NCBI GenBank assembly: GCA_965372715.1
Contig: CBDVDH010000014.1
Span: forward strand, 4,298-68,297
Source of the DNA: an uncultured bacterium
Lineage (GTDB): Bacteria; B130-G9
Direction: 5' to 3'
Length of the DNA: 64,000 nucleotides
The position numbers and the translations under genes were made by a program. Positions within the stretch are counted from its first letter, which is position 1, and each line of letters opens with the position of its first letter. Shown here one piece after another: positions 20,007-28,264 of this stretch. The notes beneath the pieces were generated by a model. The model saw nothing but the letters and a program-made list of their open reading frames with translations, made no database searches and was not told where the DNA came from.

Positions 20007-20357
20007 AACACCGCCATGAGCAAGAAGAGCACAGTCTGTGATTGGAAGTCAAGCCCGTGTCGGGAAGGCCTTGAGGCGTGGATTCGGGGGCGGATTCAAA
20101 GGTGCTTTCAGGACGTGTTGGAAGAGGACGTGAAGGAGTTTTTGGGTAGGACGAAACACGAGCGGTGAGAGCATATCGACAGCGCTGTTTGAAGTCGCAA
20201 CCGGTATGGTAAGCCTCGGAATGTAACGTTGAGTTGCGGGACGATAACGGTTCGACATCCAGTAGTGGCTGACCTTTAGCAGGATTCCGAGAGTCTGCTT
20301 CTGCCGTTCTTTGAGCATCGAGCAAAGGAAGGGAGTGAACTAGGGAAAACACGCCAT
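20007..20357 (+). pseudogene. N-terminal fragment of an IS256-family transposase, frameshifted.
   Basis: MSKKSTVCDW..LEAWIRGRIQRCFQDVLEEDVKEFLGRTKHER stops, then continues in another frame as GYGKPRNVTLSCGTITVRHP..LLPFFEHRAKEGSEL. These match the hallmark EFLG..YER and NGY..R.l.T..G.i.l.vPR blocks of IS256 transposases. Confidence 0.6.
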
Positions 20358-20505
20358 CACACCTGACAACGATCACGACGTCGTTCGACTCGGTAGACCA
20401 TTGTGTTACGGCTTGGGTGTTGCCTGACTTCGCCACTCTTCGCTTCCGCCATGATCGCGCAAGAATAGGAGGATGGGAACGTCAGCCTGATGGTCTTTTT
20501 CGGTG

Positions 20506-20675
20506 TGGATATTTGTATGCACTTATTATGCAGTTCACACAATCACGGAACAGGAGAAATCGGCACTAAATGGGGCAGTTGTGGAATTGGGTGTAACCCG
20601 CAGATGATCAGCCGTTCCTCAACACACAAACGGCGGAAAGGCGGCTGTGGGGCTCCTAAATAGTGGTCGGGGCGG
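20506..20675. repeat. Right copy of the approximately 170-bp direct repeat. It abuts and overlaps by about 13 nt the 3' end of tRNA-Pro.
   Basis: See 16751-16925. Both copies end in a tggtYgggg-gcgg stretch, which in this copy is the 3' terminus of tRNA-Pro. Confidence 0.75.
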
Positions 20676-20739
20676 GCGGATTTGAACCGCCGACCCCCGG
20701 TTCCCAAAACCGGTGCGCTACCGGGCTGCGCTACGCCCC
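20663..20739 (-). tRNA. tRNA-Pro (anticodon TGG).
   Basis: Reverse complement reads CGGGGCG-TA-GCGC-AGCCCGGTA-GCGC-A-CCGGT-TTTGGGA-ACCGG-GGGTC-GGCGG-TTCAAAT-CCGCC-CGCCCCG-A-CCA. The cloverleaf folds with 7/4/5/5-bp stems, U8, G37, TTCAAAT T-loop and an encoded CCA. Confidence 0.9.
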
Positions 20740-20779
20740 GGAAAGAGTGGATGAAGCCTGCCAGGTCAAGCGACCTGTG

Positions 20780-21685
20780 TCAGAAGGTGTAGGCCAGAGA
20801 AAACACGACGCCGGTCAGCTTGTCGTCGAAGACCGGGGCCTTCTTTGCCTTCTCCTCATCTGCCTTCGACCTCTGCAACCACCAGCCGACCTTGAACTCG
20901 AGCGGCGCCTCTTTGCAGACATAGGCCAGGCCTAGCTCGGTCTTGAAGCTCTTGAGCCTTCCAGAAAAGCAGAATGAGTCTTCGTTATCCTCAACGCCCG
21001 GGGTCTCATAGCGAAATCGCCAGTCGCTGGCATATTTGATGTTCATGTTAGGTAACATCATGCCAGTGGCCCACGCGTAGAACCCGGAGTACGATGGTGA
21101 CTCCAAGGCAAGGCCATACAGGAACCCGTGCATGCGGTTCCTTTCTTCGTGCCTCATATCGTATTCGTGAACTCCCACCGGGACGTCGAAGCCTCCGTCG
21201 TATTCTGTCCAAACCCCCTGGCCGCGCCGTTCGAAATTGTAATACTTCTGCCACTTGTAGCCAAAAAGCAGAGAGGCGTATCTAAAGTAGGGAGTCAGTC
21301 GCAAAACGATTTCAATATCCTCTCGTTTGACCTCAATTGTCCCGTTTTCGTCGGTCTCGTACCAGCCTTCATACCTGCTGTTTCTTAGGTGATAGTCGCC
21401 ATCGAACTTGCCGACTAAGTATTGGGCGCCAATGCCGATGTGGTCCTTTGCGAACGAGACCTCCATAAACGGGCCGAAGGGGCCAACTTGGGAGCTCATG
21501 TCGTATTCGCCTGTGATGTTCTTGTGCCACACCTCGCTGTTCTCGAAGTCCCAATGGCCATAAAAGCCCTTTAGCCCTACCTTGAACTTTATGGCTTTTT
21601 CGGCCTCTTCTTCTTCAGCCAGTGCAACGGCTGTGAACAGGGCGGTAATCAACAACAGAACAATCACGATCGAAATGCGCTTCAT
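20780..21685 (-). CDS. Outer-membrane beta-barrel (porin-like) protein.
   Basis: Signal peptide [23 protein letters not shown]. There are alternating aromatic/hydrophilic strands rich in Y/W/G and a C-terminal ...SLAYTF ending in Phe. Confidence 0.6.
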   Translation of the reverse strand: MKRISIVIVLLLITALFTAVALAEEEEAEKAIKFKVGLKGFYGHWDFENSEVWHKNITGEYDMSSQVGPFGPFMEVSFAKDHIGIGAQYLVGKFDGDYHLRNSRYEGWYETDENGTIEVKREDIEIVLRLTPYFRYASLLFGYKWQKYYNFERRGQGVWTEYDGGFDVPVGVHEYDMRHEERNRMHGFLYGLALESPSYSGFYAWATGMMLPNMNIKYASDWRFRYETPGVEDNEDSFCFSGRLKSFKTELGLAYVCKEAPLEFKVGWWLQRSKADEEKAKKAPVFDDKLTGVVFSLAYTF

Positions 21686-22425
21686 GCCTCTCTCCTCTCA
21701 AAAAATGCGATTAGGGGTCTTTACAATTGTGCGTCAAGATACTGGTCGGCATTGATCGAGTCAAGAGTTTTGAGGAGGAGTTTCGGCTCGCCGTCCGTCG
21801 AGTCTGCGATAAGGCGGAAACGGGAGAAAAGGAAAAGTAGACTTCGCCATAGTAGCCGTGGCTACGTCGGCTGAAAAGGTCTCGTGCGGCAATCGCACCG
21901 AGCGAGGGGCTCAGACGTGGGAGCTTCTGGCCAGCTCGGCGGCCACTTGCACACAAAGGGGACATTCCTTCTGCGAACTCATCGCCTTCGCCGCCCGCCT
22001 CCCTTCTCAACATGCACGCTGAACACATACGAGGCTGGAGCATGGAGTCAATGCAATTGTTGCCGACTGCTCAATCGCGCTGAAACGTGATGAGAAAACG
22101 CCAGGGCAGTCGTCCACCATCCGGAATCGCACCCCTTCACTCGGCGCACTTGACTTTGAGCTGCCGCAATTGCATTCTGTTTGACCGATTGATAGATTCG
22201 TTCTGGCCGGTGCGTGGCCGATTTCAGGGCTCTGAGATGTATCTTTACATTGCTGGGATTGCTGTTGGGCTTGTAGGTCTGTTTTGGGGCTTTTACGCTT
22301 GTCAGGTCAAGGCTTTTCCGACCAACGTTGTGGGCGGAGTCGTGTCAATTGGCTGCCTTTTGCTGACAATTGTGAGCGTAGTGCTGCTTTGCGTGCCGGG
22401 CTTTTTTGATTAGGAGACAGGTTGT

Positions 22426-23253
22426 ATGGCTAGATGCGTTATCTGCGAACAGCGAAAGGGCAAGAGGCATTGCGCTCTCAAGAGCGCAATGGTCTGCTCA
22501 CAGTGCTGCGGGTTGGTGCAAACTGAGGGCAACTGCCCGGGCGATTGCCCGTTCCTTCTGGAAAGCAAGAACTTTGCGTCCGAGAAGCAGGACGAGAGGG
22601 AGAATCAGCTCGGCGAGCGGTTCAAGCGTGATTTCGACGCCGAGAATGAGGAGGTCATGCAGACCTTCAACGCTGTCGCCACGCCATTGAATGACTTGTT
22701 CGTCGCAGCTGCGGAGGAGGACGAATATCTCGTGGACAAGGACCTGGTCGAGGCGCTGGATGACTTGATAAAGAACACGAAGGAGGGCGTTGGCCAGGTT
22801 GTTAGTCCTGAGGATGTGAAGCTTAACCGAGCGGGCAGTCTCGTGCCGCAGATGAAGGAGGCGCTTGAATCGTTCGATGCTGAGCCGCCGGTGGCAGACT
22901 ACTTGATTGTGCCGTGCCTGGAGATACTCAGGGGCCTTGTATCGCTATCAACGAAGGAGGAAGAGCCAAAAGCGTACGTTGACCAGCTGCTCAAGCAGAA
23001 GGAGGAAGAAGGGGCCGAGGAGGAAGAAGCGGTTGCGCCGGCCGGTGAGCCAGTCTTGGTTGACATAGACGCAGCCCAGGCCGAATTGCACCTAGAGGGT
23101 CCGGAGGCGCCCGAGCAACCCTCGGTTGCGGACCTGTTTGAGGAGGCGCCGGAGACGCCCACCACAGCTGACCTGTTTGAGGAGGCGCCGGAGATGCCCA
23201 CCGCAGCTGACCTGCTTGAGGAGGCGCCGGACGAATCAGACGAGAAGGAATAG
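22426..23253 (+). CDS. Acidic hypothetical protein with an N-terminal Cys-rich (zinc-ribbon-like) segment and C-terminal 13-aa tandem repeats.
   Basis: N-terminal CVICEQRKGKRHCALKSAMVCSQCCGLVQTEGNCPGDCPF; the C-terminus has ADLFEEAPE[TM]PT[TA] x2.6. The antisense ORF 22899..23384 is Ser/Ala-rich low complexity and was rejected. Confidence 0.5.
   Translation: MARCVICEQRKGKRHCALKSAMVCSQCCGLVQTEGNCPGDCPFLLESKNFASEKQDERENQLGERFKRDFDAENEEVMQTFNAVATPLNDLFVAAAEEDEYLVDKDLVEALDDLIKNTKEGVGQVVSPEDVKLNRAGSLVPQMKEALESFDAEPPVADYLIVPCLEILRGLVSLSTKEEEPKAYVDQLLKQKEEEGAEEEEAVAPAGEPVLVDIDAAQAELHLEGPEAPEQPSVADLFEEAPETPTTADLFEEAPEMPTAADLLEEAPDESDEKE
23121..23230. repeat. 39-bp in-frame tandem repeat (about 2.7 copies) encoding ADLFEEAPETPTT.
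   Basis: gcggacctgtttgaggaggcgccggagacgcccaccaca / gctgacctgtttgaggaggcgccggagatgcccaccgca / gctgacctgcttgaggaggcgccggac. Confidence 0.8.
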
Positions 23254-23365
23254 TGCATGCAACGTTTAGTATGTTGGGCGGCCATTCGCCGAACGTCGCG
23301 AGTTCCGAAAGAACGGCGATGAGCACCACAGAATAAACCATTCTTAAGGATCAAGAGGTAGGACG

Positions 23366-24370
23366 ATGTCTTTGAGAGTAGCAATTAACGGTTTCGGACG
23401 GATTGGCAGGCTTTACTTCCGGGCGGCCTATAAGAGCCCCGAGCTGGAGTTTGTGCAGATCAACGATCTAACAGATTCGAAGACGCTCGCCCATCTTCTG
23501 AAGTGGGATTCGGCTCACGGCCCATTCCCGGGCGATGTCTCCTATGGCAAGGATTCGATCATGATCGGGAATAGGATGATCAAGGTCTCGGCCGAGCGGG
23601 ACCCGGCCAATTTGCCGTGGGCCGAGGAGAGAATCGATATCGTCGTTGAATCGACTGGCATCTTCAGAGACAGGGCGGGAGCGACCAAGCACCTGAACGC
23701 AGGTGCTAAGAAGGTCATCATCAGCGCGCCGGCCAAGGAGCCTGACGTTACGATCGTCATGGGCGTGAACCACAAGGATTACGACCCACAGCGGCACAAC
23801 ATAATCTCCTGCGCCTCGTGCACGACCAACTGCCTGGCGCCCATCGCTAAGGTACTGCTTCGAACTTACGGGATCGAATACGGTTACATGACGACCATCC
23901 ACTCGTACACAAACGACCAGCGGACGCTCGATTTTCCGCACTCCGACTTGAGGCGAGCAAGGACAGCGGCTGTCTCGATGATCCCTACGACGACTGGCGC
24001 CGCGAAGGCCACGGCGCTCGTTATACCGGAGCTTCAAGGCAAGATGGACGGTATGTCGATTCGTGTGCCAACGCCGAACGTGTCGCTCGTAGATTTCGCG
24101 TGCGTAGTCGAGCAGAAGACGAACAAGGATGACGTCAACAAGGCTCTCGAAAACGCGGCCGAGAACGAACTGAAGGGCATACTGGACGTCTGCGACCAGC
24201 CCTTGGTCTCTATTGACTTCAACGGCAACCCATTCTCCTCGATCGTCGACGCGCTAAGCACTGCCGTCGTTAAGGGCAAGCTCGTCAACGTCATAGCGTG
24301 GTATGACAACGAATGGGGCTACTCCAACCGCCTGGTCGATATGACCAAGCTGGCGGGTGAGGCGCTGTGA
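23366..24370 (+). CDS. gap: Glyceraldehyde-3-phosphate dehydrogenase, type I.
   Basis: N-terminal MSLRVAINGFGRIGR (Rossmann); the catalytic ASCTTNCLAP and the WYDNEWGYS C-terminus are present. Confidence 0.95.
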   Translation: MSLRVAINGFGRIGRLYFRAAYKSPELEFVQINDLTDSKTLAHLLKWDSAHGPFPGDVSYGKDSIMIGNRMIKVSAERDPANLPWAEERIDIVVESTGIFRDRAGATKHLNAGAKKVIISAPAKEPDVTIVMGVNHKDYDPQRHNIISCASCTTNCLAPIAKVLLRTYGIEYGYMTTIHSYTNDQRTLDFPHSDLRRARTAAVSMIPTTTGAAKATALVIPELQGKMDGMSIRVPTPNVSLVDFACVVEQKTNKDDVNKALENAAENELKGILDVCDQPLVSIDFNGNPFSSIVDALSTAVVKGKLVNVIAWYDNEWGYSNRLVDMTKLAGEAL

Positions 24371-25574
24371 GATGATCGCGGGGCTGGGCAAAAAAACCGT
24401 CTCCGATGTTGAGATTTCCGGGAAGAAGGTCTTTCTGCGGGTCGATTTCAACGTGCCGATTGACTCGGACGGCAATATCCTAGACGACACGCGCATCATC
24501 GCTCATCTTGAGACCATCAATTACATCCTCTCAGAAAGGTGTGCGAAGCTGGTCGTAGCCTCGCACTTCGGAAGGCCCAAGGGCAAGGTCGTCCCGTCGA
24601 TGAGCCTCGCACCAGTCGCCAAGCGGCTCAATGAGCTCCTCAACGGAAAGGTGAAGTTCGTCAATGACTGCGTCGGCCCGGACGTCGATAGCGCAATTGC
24701 CCAGCTCAAGAAGGACGAGCTATTACTGCTTGAGAACACGAGGTTTAAGCCCGGAGAGACGGAAAACGATCCCGAACTCGCCAAGCAGCTCGCGATGCTC
24801 TGCGACGTTTATATTGACGATGCTTTCTCCGCGGCCCATCGCGCACACGCATCCGTGGCCGAAATCGCCAAGTATGTGCCGACCGCCGCGCAGGGCTTCT
24901 TGATGGAGAAGGAGATATTCAACCTCGGCAAACTTATCGAGGCGCCTCAGCAGCCGTTCGTCCTCGTATTGGGCGGCGCAAAGGTCAAGGAGAAGATTGG
25001 CCTGATCAAAAACCTCGTCGGCAAGGTTGACTCGATGCTGATCGGCGGCGGTATGTGTTTCACGGCCCTCAAGGCAAAGGGCCTGCCGATCGGCGACTCC
25101 CTGCTCGACGAGAAGAATCTCGAGAGCATAGCTAAGGTGCTTGATGAGGCAGAGTCAATGGGAACCACCATTCTCCTTCCGGTTGATGTGGTCGTGGCAA
25201 GGGAGATCACGGATGACGCCGAAACAACCATAGTCCCAGTGGATAAGATTCCGGATGGCCAGATGGGACTTGACATCGGGCCGGAAACCACCAAACTCTT
25301 CGCCTCCGCGATTGAGAATGCCGGGACAGTCTTTTGGAACGGCCCGATGGGGGTCTTTGAGAAACCCGCGTTTGCAGGTGGCACCATGGGAATCGCCCGC
25401 GCTGTCGCGGCGGTCAGCGCGACAACCGCCATAGGCGGCGGCGAGACGGTGGCGGCGGTGAAGATGGCGGGCGTTGCGGACTCCATTACTCATGTTTCGA
25501 CTGGGGGAGGCGCCTCGCTTGAGTTCCTTGCTGGCAAGACGCTCCCAGGCATCGCAGCGCTAGACGACTTGTAG
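24357..25574 (+). CDS. pgk: Phosphoglycerate kinase. The start is probably the Met at 24369.
   Basis: KKVFLRVDFNVP, GRPKG and the C-terminal GGGASLEFLAGKTLPG hallmarks. Confidence 0.95.
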   Translation: MRRCEMIAGLGKKTVSDVEISGKKVFLRVDFNVPIDSDGNILDDTRIIAHLETINYILSERCAKLVVASHFGRPKGKVVPSMSLAPVAKRLNELLNGKVKFVNDCVGPDVDSAIAQLKKDELLLLENTRFKPGETENDPELAKQLAMLCDVYIDDAFSAAHRAHASVAEIAKYVPTAAQGFLMEKEIFNLGKLIEAPQQPFVLVLGGAKVKEKIGLIKNLVGKVDSMLIGGGMCFTALKAKGLPIGDSLLDEKNLESIAKVLDEAESMGTTILLPVDVVVAREITDDAETTIVPVDKIPDGQMGLDIGPETTKLFASAIENAGTVFWNGPMGVFEKPAFAGGTMGIARAVAAVSATTAIGGGETVAAVKMAGVADSITHVSTGGGASLEFLAGKTLPGIAALDDL

Positions 25575-25586
25575 GGATTTACGAAG

Positions 25587-26363
25587 ATGACGAAAAACAG
25601 AAGGCCGCTCATAGCCGGCAACTGGAAGATGCACAAGACGATCATGGAATCGCTCGAGCTAGTGGGCGGGATCGTCAAGAAACTGGCTGAGTTGGGCGTG
25701 GCCGACGTTGATGTTCTGGTTTGCCCACCGTTCACGGCTCTCGAAAGCGTGTCAAACCGCCTTTCCCAGACGTGTGTCGCTCTGGGCGGCCAGAACTGCG
25801 CCCTTCTGAGGGAAGGCGCGCGCACGGGTGAGGTCTCGCCACTGATGCTGCTCGACGTTGGCTGCGAGTTCGTCATACTCGGACACTCAGAGCGACGGGC
25901 GCATTTCCACGAGACTGACGAGGTTGTCAACGGCAAGGTCAAGCTCGCGCTCGAGTGCGGTCTTCTCCCGATCGTCTGCGTCGGCGAGACGCTTGACGAG
26001 CAGGAACAAGGCAAGACACTCGAAGTGCTTAGGACGCAGGTTCAGGGGTGCCTGCGCGGGCTTTCGGCCGAGCAGATGGCCAAGCTTACGTTAGCGTACG
26101 AGCCGGTCTGGGCAATTGGCACAGGGCGCACCGCGACTCCTGAAACCGCCCAAGAGGCTCATCGGTTTATAAGAGGGCTGCTTGCCTCGCTCGCCAACGA
26201 CGAGGTGGCGGACGTGGTGCGGATACTGTATGGTGGCAGCGTCAAGCCGGAGAATGCGGCCGCTCTGCTGGCTCAGCCCGACCTAGATGGGGCGTTGGTC
26301 GGCGGCGCGAGCCTCAAGGCAGATGCTTTTTGTGATATTATCATCAGGGCGAGAAAGGTATAG
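25587..26363 (+). CDS. tpiA: Triosephosphate isomerase.
   Basis: PLIAGNWKMH, ILGHSERR, AYEPVWAIGTG and GGSV motifs. Confidence 0.95.
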   Translation: MTKNRRPLIAGNWKMHKTIMESLELVGGIVKKLAELGVADVDVLVCPPFTALESVSNRLSQTCVALGGQNCALLREGARTGEVSPLMLLDVGCEFVILGHSERRAHFHETDEVVNGKVKLALECGLLPIVCVGETLDEQEQGKTLEVLRTQVQGCLRGLSAEQMAKLTLAYEPVWAIGTGRTATPETAQEAHRFIRGLLASLANDEVADVVRILYGGSVKPENAAALLAQPDLDGALVGGASLKADAFCDIIIRARKV

Positions 26364-26366
26364 ACA

Positions 26367-26756
26367 ATGTTGGCAGTGCTCGTTGTTATCCATGTTTTCC
26401 TGTGTATCGCCCTTGTGGCTATCATCCTGTTTCAGGGCGGGAAGGGCGCCGATCTGGCGAGCGTTTTTGGCGGGGGCACTTCCGGGACAGCATTCGGCGT
26501 AACGGGCGCCGCGCCATTCATCGCCAAGGCGACCACGAGTGTTGCCGTCGGGTTCCTGGTGATGTGTGTCATTCTCTCGTATTTCTACACCCCGAGCGGC
26601 TCGGGTTCGGTGATACAGAAGCAAAGCGCAGCTCAAGAGAGCTCGCAGACGGCGCCGAGCTCTCCGGAAGAGGAACCAGCCGCGGCAGCTTCGGTCGGCA
26701 CCGTCGGGACCGGCGCAACTGTGGGGCAAGGCGAGGACTCTCCAGCAACGCCGTAG
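26367..26756 (+). CDS. secG: Preprotein translocase subunit SecG, with an Ala/Ser/Pro-rich C-terminal tail.
   Basis: Two TM helices with the FQGGKGADLASVFGGGTSGTAFG loop typical of SecG. Synteny gap-pgk-tpiA-secG-tRNA-Leu is conserved in many bacteria. Confidence 0.8.
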   Translation: MLAVLVVIHVFLCIALVAIILFQGGKGADLASVFGGGTSGTAFGVTGAAPFIAKATTSVAVGFLVMCVILSYFYTPSGSGSVIQKQSAAQESSQTAPSSPEEEPAAAASVGTVGTGATVGQGEDSPATP

Positions 26757-26763
26757 CTACCAT

Positions 26764-26868
26764 GTAGGGCGGGCTTTCTAGCCTGCCGGTGTAGGGCGGG
26801 CTTTCTAGCCTGCCGGTGTAGGGCGGGCTTTCTAGCCTGCCGGTGTAGGGCGGGCTTTCTAGCCTGCC
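26764..26868. repeat. Tandem array of about 3.9 copies of the 27-bp unit gtagggcgggctttctagcctgccggt. It belongs to the same REP-like family and starts 8 nt after the secG stop.
   Basis: Direct head-to-tail copies are visible in the sequence, with no intervening spacers. Confidence 0.9.
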
Positions 26869-27010
26869 AAACGTGAATCGCCTCGGGGATTTGAGGAGCG
26901 CGCACAGCGATCGGTAGCTGGATTAGTCTCCGCCCGTTGGAAAACCGGAGGCGCCGGGCACCGAGGTTAGACAGACCGGCGGCTTGAGCTGCCGCAAAGA
27001 ACTTATCAAT

Positions 27011-27095
27011 GCCGAGATGGTGGAACTTGGTAGACACGCTGTCTTGAGGGGGCAGTGGGCGAGAGCCTGTGGGGGTTCGAGTCCCCCTCTCGGCA
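27011..27095 (+). tRNA. tRNA-Leu (anticodon GAG), class II with a long variable arm. CCA is not encoded.
   Basis: GCCGAGA-TG-GTG-GAACTTGGTA-GAC-ACG-CTGTC-TTGAGGG-GGCAG-long variable arm-GGGGG-TTCGAGT-CCCCC-TCTCGGC-A. All stems pair, with one G-U wobble. Confidence 0.9.
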
Positions 27096-27128
27096 TTACC
27101 CCCTCCTATCCCGGCAATTGCGCCGCAA

Positions 27129-27818
27129 CTACGAAATCCTGCACACACAACCGCAGGACCGCCCAGCGCCGGCGCCCGTCACCGCCCAGGCCAAGTTCCG
27201 CGAGCAAAAGAGGCTATGGGAGCGGAGGCTCTCCGCCCGTTGTTGTCGTGGGCACCCGTGCGTGTATTCCTTCGTGACCGTGCTCCAGTTTGAGTCATAT
27301 TCTTGAATGACGTCATCGCCGTCGTAAAAGAACTTACGCGTGCCGGATGAATCCGTCAAGCTGAGGCGCTTGCTGTCGGGGCCGTAGGTCATTGACTGGA
27401 TTGAGGCCATCCCCTCGGTGACGGATGTCAGCCTATCAAATGCGTCATACGCATAGCTGCGTGTTACGCCGCCCGTCGTCTTGCCAGCTATGTTTCCATT
27501 GTCATCGTGCGTGTAGCTGGTGCCGATGGTGCCTTCGGTCGATTGCGTCAGCCCATCTGCGGCGTTGTAGATATAGGACACGGTGGCGTCAGAGCTGCGC
27601 GTCCAGAGCGTCCTGTTGCCGTTATCGTCATACGTGAACGTGTCGGTATTGCCGGCGGGATACTCGACCTCGGTCAGCTGCCCCTCTGCGTCGTAGGTGT
27701 ATTCCGTCTCGCCGACGTTGAACTCGTCCTTCTCGGTGACCTGCCCGCAGGCGTCGAACGTGTATTCGATGCTCGACACCGTCGTCCCGTCGGACTTCAG
27801 GTTGTCAATCGCCCACAT
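27129..27818 (-). pseudogene. Truncated orphan Rhs/YD-repeat fragment (YD repeats only), ending abruptly next to tRNA-Leu.
   Basis: YD-repeat units (YTYDAEGQLTEV, YTYDDNGNRT, YAYDAFDRLTSV, FFYDGDDVIQEY) run up to KEYTHG and then diverge into non-homologous sequence. Nt 27297-27440 is about 93% identical to 29283-29426. Confidence 0.7.
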
Positions 27819-27824
27819 ACGGCA

Positions 27825-28127
27825 CTATTCCTGACGCATGGCACGTCGCACCTTGACCCACATAACCAGTATATGGCCGAATACAACGAGCATTACGACT
27901 ATCGCAAATATATGCCAACCTCGATGGCCTTCTCTAGACGAGACGAGCACACCCGACCATCCTAATGTCGCTGAAACAATCGCCAGATACCATGCCCACT
28001 TGCGTTTGGGCCCTGAGAAGAAGCGTATTCGCTCCCTTAGGTCCATGCGAACGGTTGTAGCAATGAGAAATATCACGGTGGCGCAGCCCACAATGTCCAA
28101 TAAAATACTAGCCCAGAAACTCAGCAT
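27825..28127 (-). CDS. Small integral membrane protein; candidate immunity protein for the 28265..29773 toxin tip.
   Basis: Three predicted TM helices (LLDIVGCATVIFLIATTV, WYLAIVSATLGWSGVLV, IFAIVVMLVVFGHILVMWV). It lies immediately downstream of an Rhs C-terminal cassette on the same strand. Confidence 0.4.
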   Translation of the reverse strand: MLSFWASILLDIVGCATVIFLIATTVRMDLRERIRFFSGPKRKWAWYLAIVSATLGWSGVLVSSREGHRGWHIFAIVVMLVVFGHILVMWVKVRRAMRQE

Positions 28128-28264
28128 TGCTCAAATCCTCCCGACTGCCGATGCAGCTGACAAATCAAATCCTTCCCTAACCGTGGGCCATGCAGAGGGG
28201 ACGCCAACGATTGCCCCTCTCTGCATTGCCGCGGCGGATTCCTCTATTCCCTCAAATGTGACCC

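Noticed and set aside
20663-20935. 90-aa plus-strand [30 protein letters not shown]...
   Set aside because: It is the reverse translation of tRNA-Pro and the downstream start of the OMP gene, not a protein gene.
22899-23384. 161-aa minus-strand ORF with SGASSNRSA repeats.
   Set aside because: It is antisense to the acidic repeat protein; its low-complexity Ser/Ala-rich translation is generated by the 39-bp tandem repeat on the opposite strand.
26764-26868. Possible CRISPR array, because of the regular 27-bp repeats.
   Set aside because: The repeats are directly contiguous with no unique spacers, and no cas genes are nearby. It is a simple tandem array of the REP-like unit.
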